Assembly (NCBI GenBank): GCA_038087875.1
Contig: CM075989.1
Location: 7,380,001-7,444,000, forward strand
Direction of reading: 5' to 3'
Length of the DNA stretch: 64,000 bases
DNA from: Malacoraja senta
Taxonomy: Eukaryota
Positions within the stretch are counted from its first letter, which is position 1. Each line of letters begins with the position of its first letter. The position numbers were made by a program, and so were the translations under genes. The notes below the pieces were generated by a model. It was given only the letters and a program-made list of their open reading frames with translations. It was not told the DNA's origin and made no database searches. Of this stretch, positions 39,473 to 52,139 are shown one piece after another.

Positions 39473-39743
39473 CTATCAAGAGTCAAGGGTATTTTATTGT
39501 CATATGTACCAAAATAACAATGGAATTCTTCCTTGCTGCAGCACAACAGGTTTGTCTGTGGGACCCAAGTCATCTCCATCTGTTCAGTGACAATTAGTTT
39601 TCCTACAAAGCCACCTGGTGGTCATGTTCAGTTCCACATCTCTGAAATTCTTCACTCAGCAATGTTCCCCTCTCAAGGAATGCTGTGTTGGAGAGGGATA
39701 TGAGATTGAAAATATTATCTTTCTACTAAAATTGTAATCATCA

Positions 39744-40106
39744 CAGCATAATCGAGGACCAGCGGTCACTCCCTCTTCTCCCCTCGCCCATCATGCAAAA
39801 GATAGGGACGTGTGAAAATACAAACCTCCAGATTCAGGAACAGTTTCTTCCCAGCTGTTATCAGGCCATTGAATCATCCTATCAACAACTAGAGAGCGGT
39901 CCTGAGTTACTATCTACCTCAATGGAGACTATTGGACTCTTTAATCAGATTTTACTGGACTTTATCTTGCACTAAATGTTATTCCCTTCATCATGTATCT
40001 GTACACTGTGGCTCGATTGTAATCATGTATTGTCTTTCCGCTGACTAGTTACCACGCAACAAAAAGCTTTTTATTGTACCTCGGTACACGTGACAATAAA
40101 CTAAAG
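39744..40106 (+). mobile_element. Rex1/Babar LINE 3' fragment
   Basis: Similar to 19468-19886; tail gtacctcggtacacgtgacaataaactaaa. Confidence 0.78.
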
Positions 40107-40297
40107 TTATAGAGGAATGCTGTAGGAAGGAACTGCAGATGCTGGTTTACACCGAAGATAGACACAAAATGCTAGAGTAACTCAGCGGGACAAGCAGCAT
40201 CTCTCGATAGAAGGAATGGGTGACGTTTCAGGTCGAGACCCTTCTTCTGAAGAAGATGCTGCCTGTCCCGCCGAGTTACTCCAGCATTTTGTGTCTA

Positions 40298-41942
40298 TAG
40301 TGCCCTCCATAATGGTTGGGATAAAGACCCATCATTTATTTATTTGCCTCTGTACTCCACAATTTGAGATTTGTAATAGAAAAAGAATCACATGTGGTTA
40401 AAGTGCAAACTGTCAGATTTTAATAAATGCCATTTCTATACATTTTGGTTTCACCATGTAGACATTACAGCAGTGTTTATACATAGTCTCCCCATTTCAG
40501 GGCACCATAATGTTTGGGACACAGCAATGTCATGTAAATGAAAGTAGTCATGTTTAGTATTTTGTTGCATATCCTTTGCATGCAATGACTGCTTGAAGTC
40601 TGTGATTCATGGACATCACCAGTTGCTGGGTGTCTTCTCTGGTGATGCTCTGCCAGGCCTGTATTGCAGCCATCTTTAGCTTATGCTCGTTTTGGGGGCT
40701 AGTCCCCTTCAATTTTCTCTTCAGCATATAAAAGGCATGCTCAATTGGGTTCAGATCGGGTGATTGACTTGGCCACTCAAAAAATGACAATTTTTAATCT
40801 TTGAAACACTCCTTTGTTGCTTTGGCTGTATGTATGGGATCATTGTCTTGCTGTTGAACTGCCAGCCTATGAGTTGAGGCATATGTGTGAACTTGAGCAG
40901 ATAAGATGTGTCTATACACTTCAGAATTAATTATGCTACTACCATCAGCAGTTGTATCATCCATGAAGATAAGTGGGCCAGTATCTTCAGCAGCCATATA
41001 TGCCCAGGCCATAACACCCCCACCACCATGATTCACAGATGAGGTGGTATGGTTTGGATCTTGGGCAGTTTCTTCTCTCCTCCATACTTTGCTCTTGCCA
41101 TCACTCTGATATAAGTTACTCTTCGTCTCATCTGTCCACAAGACCTTTTTCCAGAACTGTGGTTGCTCTTTTTAGTACTTCTTGGCAAACTGTAACCTGG
41201 CCATCCTATATTTGCGGCCAACCAGTGGTTTGCATCTTGCAGTGTGGCCTCTGTATTTCTGTTCATGAAGTCTTCTGCGGACAGTGGTCATTGACAAATC
41301 CACACCTGACTCATGAAGCGTGTTTCTGATCTGTCGGACAGATGTTTGGGGATTTTTCTTTACTATAGAGAGAATTCTTCTGTCATCAGCTGTGGCGGTC
41401 TTCCTTGGCCTGCCAGTCCCTTTGTGATTAGTAAGCCACCAGTGCTCTCTTTCTTCTCAATGATGTTACAAATAGTTGATTTTAGTAAGCCTAAGGTTTG
41501 GCTGACGTCTTTAACAGTTTTATTCTTGTTTCTCAGTCTCACAATGGCTTCTTTGACTTTCATTGGCACAACTTTGTTCATGTTGATAAACTGCAATAAA
41601 AGTTTCCAAATGTGATGGAAAGACTGGATGAAAGACTAGGTGTTGAGAGCTCTCTTATACCTGCATTAAGGAGGCAATTAAACACACCTGAGCAATTACA
41701 AACATCTGTGAAGCCATGTGTCCCAAATATTATGGTGCCCTGAAATGGGGGGACTATGTATAAACACAGCTGTAATTTCCACATAGTGAAACCAAAATGT
41801 ATAAAAATGGCCTTCAATAAAACCTGACAATGTGCACTCTAACCATATGTGATTTTTTTTCTATTACAAATCTCAAATTGTGGACTACAGAGGCAAATAA
41901 ATAAATGATGGGTCTTTGTCCCAAACATTATGGAGGGCACTG
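40298..41942 (-). mobile_element. Tc1/mariner DNA transposon with long IR/DR-type TIRs (about 225 bp), decayed
   Basis: TA at 40296-40297 and 41943-41944. Left end tagtgccctccataatggttggga; right end tcccaaacattatggagggcactg. Internal repeat ccataatgtttgggac near 40505 and its complement near 41720. Confidence 0.93.
40554..41596 (-). pseudogene. Frameshifted Tc1 DD34E-type transposase
   Basis: Fragments in three ORFs: HTH region (KEAIVRLRNKNKTVKDVSQTLG), WTDETK, QQDNDPIHT and WPSQSPDLNPIEH...CKGYATKY. Confidence 0.92.
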
Positions 41943-42884
41943 TATCTTTAATGGAGGAATGCTATATGTGGACCAGTTTTCATTAAGATGAAGTCAAACC
42001 ACATTGCTTTTTGAATGTCAACCTGCTAACCTTGTTGATCATGTATCCTGTTTAGAAATGAACGTTCTGTTTTTATAACCTTGATGTGGGCCCTCGGGAC
42101 TTGAGCTGCTTGCTGGGATTTGCCTCACCCTGTTTAGTCTTCCCTTCCTTGACAGGGGAGCTTGTTCTGTGTGGATGTGGTGCTTCTCTTCAGTTCATCC
42201 ATTTCTCATGTACATCACAAGGCAACGCTGCTCCATTCTGCCCAGAACTTCAGCAAAGGATCATAAGAGTAGAATTATTATTATGTTTAATATTATTAAC
42301 ATTATACTTATGGACGCCTTTCAAAGACTCTCAAGAACACCTTACAAAATTTAATAAGCAGATTACAAAACATATAAGCAGAATAAAACAAAAACAAATA
42401 GTAGGGACATCAACAACACACAATTCAAAGAGAGAGCAGAGGCAGCTAATCGGGCCAGCGTTCACTCTCCCGTCCGGCAGCCATCTTGAGGACAAAACAA
42501 ACAAAACACCTTTTAACATTTGAACATCCACTGTGGTGGAAGGCGATTCAGATGCTGCAAGTAGCAACAAAGTGTGTAATACAACCTTGCATCTATAGTT
42601 GACTTTCTGAAGTTCACCAGTCCCTGTGTTGAGATTGTAATCTCTTGCATCTGTCAGACCAGTTGGCACCATGCTTGACTGGAAGATCCCAGCTGACTTG
42701 CAATAAACTACTCAATAGGTTGGGAAATTGTTTTGGAAGGTGTCCGTCTACAAGACTACTGTGACAGCACTTCCAAAATAACTATTTGGCTGTGAATTGC
42801 TTTTGGATATCCTGAGAACTGAAAACGTTTCAAAGTCATGGACATTTGTTCTTTCCATCTGTTGTAACAGTGGAAATGTATGAG

Positions 42885-43520
42885 AAGTTCAAGTTCGCGT
42901 TGATCGTCACTTAACCGATTAAGGTACAGTGAAATTTGAGTTACCATACAGCCATACTAAGTGAAAAGCAACAAGGCACACAGCCACATAAAATAAAATT
43001 TAACATAAACATCCACCGCAGTGGAATCCCCATTCCTCACTGTGCTGGAAGGCAATAAAGTTCAGTCATCTTCCTCCTTTGGTTACCCGTGGTCGGGGCC
43101 TTTGAACCCTCCGCAGTTCGCCGCTGCCGACCGTCCAATGTTCAGGCCCTTGCGTCGGGATGATCGAAACTCCGGCGTCGGGATGGATCGGAACACTCCG
43201 CAACATGGAGCTCCAGAGTTGGACGCTTCTGACCGGAGACCGCGGCTTCACGGTGTTAAAGTCCATGGTCGGAGCCCTTTCACTGGCGTTCCTTGACAAA
43301 GGATCGCAGACTCCACGATGGTAAGTCCGCGCTGCACCCGCGGCTTGAAGCTCCAGGCCGGTCTCCAGGAAAGGCCACACCACTCAATGTTGTAGGCCGC
43401 AGGGGGGACGGAGATGCAACACGGGGGAAAAACTGCATCTCCGCCGAGATAAGTGGCTGAAAAAACAGGGAAGGGACGAGACAGACTGTTGGCAAGGCGG
43501 CCATTACGGGCGCCACCCAG
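42885..43520 (-). mobile_element. Unclassified GC-rich retroposon, divergent body
   Basis: Same hairpin flanks (gccttcc...ggatg on the minus strand) and an aaatttcactgtacc tail. Confidence 0.65.
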
Positions 43521-43621
43521 TTGAATGAGTGGGTGTGGATAAAGCTGTGGTGCCTTGATTGTCCTTATTCAGTCAACACAATTTTTTGATCTGAAATGTA
43601 CATAAAAAAGTAACAGGAGTT

Positions 43622-44290
43622 TCGAGAACAAGAGGTCATAGGTTTAAGGTGAGGAAGGGAAAGATTTAATAGGAACCCGAGGGGTAACTTCTTCTCACAG
43701 AGGGTGGTGGATGTATGGAACTAGCTGCTGGAGGAGGTGGTCGAGACGGTACTAACGCAATGTTTAAGAAACATTTAGACAGGTACATGGATAAGTTCAT
43801 AGGTTCTAGGAGCATTTAGTTCATCATGTCTACTCCGTCATTCAATCATGGCTAATCTATCTTTCACTCTCAACTACATTCTACTGTCATCGCCTAATAA
43901 CCCCTGACACCCGTACTAATCAAGAATCTGTCAATCGCCACCTTAAAAATATCCATTGACGGCCCCCACAGCCATATCTGGCAAAGAATTCCACAGATTC
44001 ACCACTCTCTGACTAAAGAAATTCCTCCTCATCTCCTTTCTAAAGGTACGTTCTCTTATTCTTAGGCTATGGCCTCTGGTCCTAGACTCTCCCACTAGTG
44101 GAAACATCCTCTCCACATTCACTCTATCCAGGCCTTTCACTATTCGGTAAGTTTCAATGAAGTTCCCCTCATCTTTCTAAACTCTAGGATGGGTTTGAAG
44201 GGATATGGGCCAAATGCAGGCAGGTGGGACTGATGTAGATAGGACATATTGGTCGGTGTGGGCAAGTTGGGCCTAAAGGCCTGTTTCTGA
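43622..44290. mobile_element. CR1 3' fragment (+) interrupted by a second CR1 fragment (-, about 43796-44185)
   Basis: Inner ORF KGLDRVNVERMFPLVGESRTRGHSL on the minus strand; the outer copy resumes at ggatgggtttgaagggatatgggcc. Confidence 0.75.
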
Positions 44291-44345
44291 CTCTGCGAGA
44301 TGTTGAAAAACTGAAACAAAGACAGAAAGTGCTGGAAACACTCAG

Positions 44346-44640
44346 TGCAGCGGCATGGCACTGCTGATGGAGTTACTACCTCTCAGTGCCAGATACCTGG
44401 GTTCGGCCTGGCCTCCAGTACTGTCTATGTGGAGTTTGCACGTTACCCCTAAGGCGATGTGGATTTCCCTGGGTGCTCCAGTTTCTTCCAAAGTTGCAAA
44501 GACATGCTGGTTAGGAAGGTTAATTGGCCATTGTGAATAGGTAAATGGTCGAATCTGGGGGAGATAAGGAGAATGCAGGAAGAATTAAACAAATAATGTA
44601 AAAGAGTGATTGAAGGTTGGCATTGACTCGGTGGGCCTGT
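44346..44640 (+). mobile_element. HE1-like V-SINE, older
   Basis: V-domain tgtggagtttgcacgttacccc. Confidence 0.7.
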
Positions 44641-45384
44641 GTCTCAGATTTATCACTCAACAAGAAATTCTCTTTCGTTCCTTTGCAGTTCGAGTTGCCA
44701 AATACAATCTGTGATGGAATCAGTCAGTATGTTCTCAACCACACACCTCTACCGCTGCCTGACCTGAGTTACTCCAGCGCTTTGGGTCTATCTTTGGTAT
44801 AAACCAGCATCTGCAGTTCTTTGTTTCTGGGATAGTCTAACTTGGTATTTTAAGTATGGACAAAATGTGTATTTTAAGTAGTGGGATAAATACATGGGGG
44901 AGTTGGGATAGGGTGGAGGTGGTTGGGGGAATGGAGACACTCCCCTCCTCCATCTTGAATTGAATTGAGGGAAATGTTTGCATTAAGCAGAAATAAAAGG
45001 CAGGGTTGGTTTAACATCACATCTTAAAAGGTATCCTCTAATGATGCAGCACGGCTCCTGAATTTAACTGCAGTGTGGACCTGAGCTACGAGTTCTGATC
45101 TCCTCACTACATCCTTGACTTGGAGGCTAGAGTGTGGTACAGATTGTACATGAAGCTGGATGTAACTTATTTATGGAATTGATCTAGTTTGATAAATTCT
45201 TTAATGTTTTCTCTGTACAAAGACCAAAAAAACTGTGGTCAACATGTTTTGCTGATGCAATATAGTGTAAGTACTTCAGAGCCATGAATGTCAGTGCTGG
45301 ATTACGTTTCATTTTCCATGCTTCTATTTAACACATTCATTCCGTTGTCCAAAATGTAAATGATGGTTCTTTTTCTGATTACAG

Positions 45385-45455
45385 ATGAGTCACAAGAAGA
45401 TGAAGTTGATAACATTCAGAAGTTGCCGGATCTTGCTGACTCTGTCTCTGAGATG
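45385..45455 (+). CDS. AKAP13: Small coding exon D (71 nt, phase 1 to 0), DESQEDEVDNIQKLPDLADSVSEM
   Basis: Acceptor tctttttctgattacAG, donor ATG/gtaagt; phase matches the exon C donor. EDEVD matches the motif recalled just after the large exon of AKAP13. Confidence 0.7.
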
Positions 45456-47782
45456 GTAAGTGGCCATCACATAAACAAACACACAAGTTGCAAGTCTGTC
45501 TTAAGGGACCAATGTGATTTAATTGTTATTTTTGTTCAGTATGTATGGAACCATCGTTGTGAATTCCACAGCTGCAGACCTGAAATTGGAAAACCACAAG
45601 GCTTAGGAAAGGATGAACCCAACAAAAATATGTGGACATGTTAGGAATTCCTGTTTGCACACAGTAACTTCACCAATCTACAGCTCAGCATATCTAGCTG
45701 CCCATTCAGCTTTATCGCTGATGGAACAATTGGCTTCTTATGCTGTAAAATGCCCAATTAACAGAGTGAGATCTTCCTTTTAGTGCTTAGTGATACAAGA
45801 TAGTCTGTGTCCTTGGATCCAATTCCACTGGCCCCTTTGGATGGAGATATGTTGCAAATTACTTCCGGGTTCCAGGATTATGTGTGCTAATTACATATGT
45901 TTTAACAATGTTAATAAAGCACTGAAATTGACCACTTGTATACTATATCTTCATGGGACGGTTTCTGAGTCAGTGTGGACTGATATGCTGCTGCATGGAA
46001 TCCATGCTGTATCTCTAAACAACTCAATTGAAAGTCAACTGTTCTAGAAACATAGAAAATAGGTGCAGGAAGGGGCCATTCGGCCCTTCGAGCCAGTACC
46101 GCCATTCATTGTGATCATGGCTGATCGTCCCAAATATATCATCAATAAAAGTGAAACGAGCAGTTAGGTGCTGAACCATAAATCATTGAATATGCAACCT
46201 TGTGGGAGCTGTATTGGTGAAACCGCTGCATGCAAAGAAGAAACTGATCACAATTTTCCCAGTCGTTCTCGGCTATTTAGATATCTTTTGATCGAAACAA
46301 CCTTCCCCAAGCCTTGTTGCTTTCTAGTCTTTGCAAGACTTGCCTCTTTTAATTTGTGTCAATGCTGGTGTAATTGGAAATGGCTAGTGCTTTTGTTTTG
46401 TATACAAAGAGGTGCTGGTATGCCGTTCTGCTGCGTAGCATCACAATAAAAGCATTGGAAATGTTCGACTCCATTTTACACAGGCAGTTCTACGGTGTGG
46501 TGAGGAAGGAAAGTTGATGATCAGTTGGTGAGTCAGGAAAGGGAATGGAACAAGAGAAATGGAAACTGAGCTGAAAAGGAAGCGATTCACAGGATCAAAA
46601 ACATTCCTGAGAGGAAAGTGAACATAACAAAACCAGAAAAAAAATGGAAACTTGTTATAAGGCCTGAATTTGGGTGTCTGCATTCGGTCTAGAGAAGGGC
46701 GAAGATCAGTCTCTGTCAAAGCACCAGGCAAGACGAGCTTAAAAATCGGCAGATTCTTGATTAGTACAGATGTCAGAGGTTATGGGGAGAAGGCAGAGAA
46801 TGGGATTAGGAGGGAGAGATGGATCAGTCATGTTTGAATGGCGGAGTAGATTTGATGGAACGAACGGCCTAATTCTACTATACCTTATGAGTTTATGAGC
46901 TTATGCTTGAAGCCTGAAATAAAAGGAGAAATAGCAGGAAGCACTCAGTATGTCAGGCAGCATCTACGGAAAGAGAAACAGAGTTCTCGTTTTAAGCCTC
47001 AGACCCTATTTCAGAACTGGAAAAGAGAAAAAAATCAAGTGGGTTTTTCCCATTAGATCCAGCGAGTTTAATACATCTTCTCGACCTAAAATGTCGACTG
47101 TTCCTTTGCCTCCATGTAAGCTGCCTGGCCTGCTGAGTTCCTCCAGCCGTTTACTTTTTGCACAAGTTAGTTCACACTGCCTGGCGGTGGTGGATGCAGA
47201 TATACAAACAAATGGAATATCTCTGTGGCGAGACCAGTTGTACTAATGAGGCCAGTTAGCAGGGAATTAAACCTCTATCTGTGTGATGTGTCGTATACGG
47301 TGTGCCTGTGAGACATGCAGCACAACAGCAACACAATTGAGAAGGTTGCCTGCAACCAAACTCATCCACAAAGAACACAACCACAAGGAATTAGGATCAG
47401 GGCAAGATCATGAGGCCCCACAAGCCTCCCCTGCCACAATCAGCCTCTGGGCAAGTGCCATGGTCACAACTGATCTATGCTGGGCTCAACGCCTCTGCCG
47501 GTTCCCCAGAGCCTGCAACTCCTCTCCTTCAAATACTTATCCATCTCCAGGTATCTATACCGAATGACAATGTCCACCAGCACCCTCAGGGGCAGAGAAT
47601 GCCAGAGATTCATCACTCTCCAAGAGGAGAAGTTTCTACACACCCCAGTTTTAAATGACTTATCTCGTAAAAATGGGGGGGGGGCAAAAAGAATAATAAT
47701 TTACCTCAACAATAATTGATGATGCGGCAGGACTCCTCTAAATGAGCGAGGTTCTCTGCCATTTATCAAGTTTTTAATGATA

Positions 47783-48815
47783 CAATAATAATAATAATAA
47801 TAATGGATTTTATTTACGGGCGCCTTATACCGAGGTCTCAAGGACACCATACAGAGATTTATAGAAAACATATAATCAGAATTTTAAAAAATAGGTTATA
47901 AAGACCAATACATAAATCAGGGACAGAATTCCTTCCAAAAACACAACAAAAAAAAAGAAAATCAGAAGCACAATTTGAGGAGAGAGCAGCGGCAATTTAA
48001 CGCCAGCGTCCACTCTCCCCTCCGACCGCCATCTTGAACACAGACTAACAAATACAATTACAAACAATTACATACAAAAATCATCCCCCCACAATGATTT
48101 CCACTGTGGGGGAAGGCACAATGTCCAGTCCCCAGCCCCAGTTCACCCAAACAGTCAGGCCAAATGAAGCCCCCGCTATTGCCTCTACGAAGGCCCGATG
48201 ATCCTGGCCGTTCTCGCCGGGTGATGTAGCCCCGGCGTCGGGAGAGTCCTCCAGCAGCTGGGCCAGCTGGAACGGCCGCATCCCTCACCGGAGGCCGTAA
48301 CTACGGCTGGAACGGCCGATTTCCCGCAGGCGTCCGCAGCACCTGAAGCCGACAAGGCCGCGCCGCCTTGGAGCTCAAGGCTCCCGGTGTTGGAGTCGGC
48401 GCCGCCGCCCGCGGATGGTCGCTCCACAGTCCCGGAGGTGTTGAGCTCGGCGGTCCAGCTCACCGGAGCTCCAGCGCGTCGGTCCAGCGCGGCGACCCAG
48501 TCAAGGCATCGCCCGCTCCGCTGCACAGTAGCGCTCCAGCACCGTGCCGCCACCGAAGCTGAGGGTGCTGTGCGGTTCCCGCCAGGAAACGCCGCTCCAC
48601 GCCCGCTGGTAGGCCACGAGGACGAGTCGAATGGGCAGCCGGAGAGAAGGCTGCCTCACCGACCAGGTAGGGACCAGGAAGTGGTTTCCCCTTGATCCCC
48701 CCACATTAAAGGCAAAATAAATAAAAACAAAGACTTAAAGAAAACTAAAAAAACTTAGTAAAAAAGTACAATTAACGGACGGCTGCTGTTTTGCAGCCGT
48801 TCCTCAAGATGGCTC
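47783..48815 (-). mobile_element. GC-rich retroposon, body type A with an L2-like (ATT)n tail module
   Basis: Body aligns to 2480-3070. The 3' module begins caagatggcg and ends gtgtccttgag...aaggcgcc...aaataaaatccattattattatt. Confidence 0.7.
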
Positions 48816-48827
48816 CTCGAGAGAGAC

Positions 48828-49672
48828 AATGATACAATACAATTTATTTGTTGTCATTTGAACCTAAGTTCAAACGAAATTTGGTTTCTGCAGTCATACA
48901 AACAAGTAAAAAGAACCAAGACACAACACAATTTACACAAACATCCATCACAGTGAATCTCCTCCTCACTGTGATGGAAGGCAAAGTCTTGTCTCTCCCC
49001 TGCACTCCCCATTCTCCTCCCGATGTCAAAGTCAAAGCCCCTGGCGGGCGATGGTAAATAAGTCCCGCGGCCATTAAAGCCGCGCCGGGCGATGCAAGGC
49101 CATGCTCCGGGTCTTGATGTTGGAGCCCCCGGTAGCGCTAGCAAGTCCCGCGGCCATTTAAAGCCGCGCCGGGCGATGTAAGACCCTGCTCCAGGTCATC
49201 TTCAACCCCGCAACTCGGGCGGGAGAAGTTGCCGTTGCGGGAGCCCCGAAAAGCGGTCTCCCACCAGGGACCCGCGAGCTCCCGATGTCACCGTCCACCA
49301 GGCCGGCGGCTGGAGCCTCTGAATCTCCGGGGTCGGGCTGCAGCAGCGCGCCACCACAGCTCCTCCCGTTCCGAACTCGGCCAGTTCCGCGATGGTGAGT
49401 AAGTCCGCCGGCTCCGCAACTGGAGCCCAAGGTCGTTCCGTTGGAGGCCGCTCCACGGTGCTAGGCCCCAACGACAACGGAGACCCGACTGAGAAAGGTC
49501 GGGTCTCCCGTGCAGGGAAAAGATTTTAAAAGTTTCCCCCACCCCACCCCCCGCCCCCCAACACATACTCAGTTAAAAAAAACACTATAAACGAAACTCA
49601 AACGAAACAAAAAAAATAAAAAAGACAGATGGACTGCAGAGGCCGCTGCGACGTGGGTCGCTCCGCCCACCC
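48828..49672 (-). mobile_element. GC-rich retroposon, body type B, tandem with the previous copy
   Basis: Homologous to 3434-4218; internal duplication of about 35 bp (agtcccgcggccatt...gccgggcgatg). Confidence 0.7.
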
Positions 49673-49721
49673 AATTTAAAAATATAATTTCAAAAATATA
49701 CTTTATTTGTGATAAACTTAC

Positions 49722-49950
49722 TGGTTGTGAGGAGTTTGCACGTGCTCCCTGTGACCGCGTGAGTTTCCTGCAGATGCTCCAATTTCCTCCCACAATACAA
49801 AGACGTGTGAGTTTGTAAGTTTGTTGACTACTAATGTCAAGGGAATGGATAAGAAAGTGGGATAACATAGAACTAGCGTGAATGATGGTTGGCATTGACT
49901 CAGTGGGCCGAAGGGTGTGTTTCTACGCTGTATCTCTAAAGTAAACTATA
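49722..49950 (+). mobile_element. HE1-like V-SINE, 5'-truncated
   Basis: V-domain plus tail gggccgaagggtgtgtttctacgctgtatctctaaa. Confidence 0.75.
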
Positions 49951-50295
49951 TAAACTAAAATATATGCAGCACAAAAAACATGAACAAAAATCTTCATTTT
50001 TAGTGTCTATAGATTGAATAACGTCATACTCAGTAGAGTTCGTATCTGTCAAGAAAAACACCATTGTCCATCGTGGGCCCCTGGAGTGATATCCCTTTCT
50101 TTGTTAGAATGGTGTCCCCACTGGACTCTGCCTCTCAATGTTCACCAGCCATTGGGATTCTTCTTCTTCTTGCGTTTAAGGCAGCAGAAGTCCGCAGCAG
50201 GGTGATGCCATCCGGTTCGACATCCCTGGGTGCCCGCCTTAAAAAGGGCGCTTGCTCCGGGTTGGCGCCAAGCTGCGGCGCTGCTGCTGCTGTCT

Positions 50296-50712
50296 CTAAT
50301 AATAATAGATTTTATTTTAAGGGCGCCTAATACCGAGGTCTCTAGGACACCTTACAATTTAAGAAACATATAAACATATAATCAGTAAAATAAGTCATAA
50401 AGACAACACCAATACATAAATTAAAAACAGAAATTTGATCCAAAAAAGACAACAACAAAATTCAGAAAACACAACATGAAGGGTGAGCAGCGGCAGCCAA
50501 ACCGCGCCAGCGTACACTCTCCCTTCCGACCGCCATGTTGGACATAGACTAACACAGACTAACACAGACACTTAACAGTACACACAAAATCATCCCCCCA
50601 CAATGGTTACCACTGTGGGGGAAGGCACAAGTTCCAGTCCCCAACCCAGTTCTCCCCAGAGTCAGGCCCATCGAGGCCGCCATAGTTGCCTCTACGGAGG
50701 CCCGATGTTCCT
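50296..50712 (-). mobile_element. 5'-truncated GC-rich retroposon with the L2-like tail module
   Basis: Aligns to 47790-48205. Confidence 0.68.
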
Positions 50713-52139
50713 GTTTGTTTGTTGTCTCTGTTTGTTGTCGTTCACCTGACTGAGGTCAGTTGACAGGGCTCACCACGGGGAGGTCAATAACATGAGCCCC
50801 GCCTTTGGGATTGAAGAAAATAGTTTTGTTTTAAAAAATAAAAAAATAAAGCATTTCTTGAGCTTGTGATTTAGTTTTGTGTCTCTCTGCCCGGGGTTTG
50901 CTCGGCCACACACCTTGTGCAGCTTAGGAAGTGGGGCTTCTCCATGAGACAATGGTCTGTGCTGGTCTTGGGCCAGATTGTCGGGTATGTGGTTGGGTGC
51001 AAAGCAGCAGCTGCCTTTAAGTCAACTTTTCTTTGTTGGCCTGCAGCAACGCAGAGCGCAGGGTCCGTGTGCAAAGCTGCAGCTTTCCAGCTGTGTACAC
51101 AATCGCGGGGCGGCTTTGGGAATCATTACCATCAACCCTAACATCTCAGCAGAGCTCCCCATCTCCCCGTTGCACTTCCACAACACATCACCAACCACCT
51201 GTTATCCTGTGTTGTTGGTTAAAACAGCGCTCTGGGAAAAGATCTCCAGGAACAGGAGAAAGCTCTGAAATCCATAGTGGATCTCAAAATCTTTGACCAT
51301 TTAACCCATGTCTGCTCCATCTCCTGTCGTTCCTGGATCCATTCTCATTGCCTCTTGAGCCAATTTTTCCCATCTGCTCCTGTAACTCTTGCAACACTTT
51401 TGTTGTTTCTTCTAATCTGCTGTTTCTGGGATAACAATCGTGTGACTAACGTCACCCATTCCTTCTCTCCAGAGATGCTGCCTCTCCCGCTGAGTTGCTC
51501 CAGCTTTTTGTGTCTATCTTGGTGATTCACTACTTATTCTTGAATTCTTACCTGAAACCATCGGGGGGGCCGGTACGGCAAAAAGGCGCAGGTGCACAAG
51601 AAGCCCTTGATGTCGATCATTGATGGTGTGTGGCCCATTGCAGGGGCTCACTCCAGCAGCACCACCCACTTGATATTTTGTCAAATAAAGGAATGAGGTA
51701 GCAAGAACTCTGGAACAAAGGCAGAATGTTTGCTAAAGCAAAGTTAGTTTGGCAGCTGAAAGAAAAATGAACCTTATCATTTGAGGTGTGGTACTACATT
51801 TCTGAGTAATGTTAATTTATCACACTGCACTCCAGAAGCAGCTTCCACAGTAGTCTCCTCCCTTGCTAGTTACCTCCGCCCCACCCCTACTGCCTCCTAA
51901 CTGTTACATGTGCCTCCAGTGAAGCACTGGGAGCTGCTTCAACCATTCTTGAGTTCTTCATGCTTCTTCTATGCTCTCTAACTAGTCTCTTTAATCCATT
52001 CTGCCTGCCTTATATTTATTCCTTCCCTTGTTCTAAATTTGGTGGAAATCATTTATTCACACCAAATCTCTCAAGTTCTTGCCTTTCCCACTGTCCAGCC
52101 TATTTAAGTTCTAGCAGCGGTCCAGGCAGCACCACTTTA

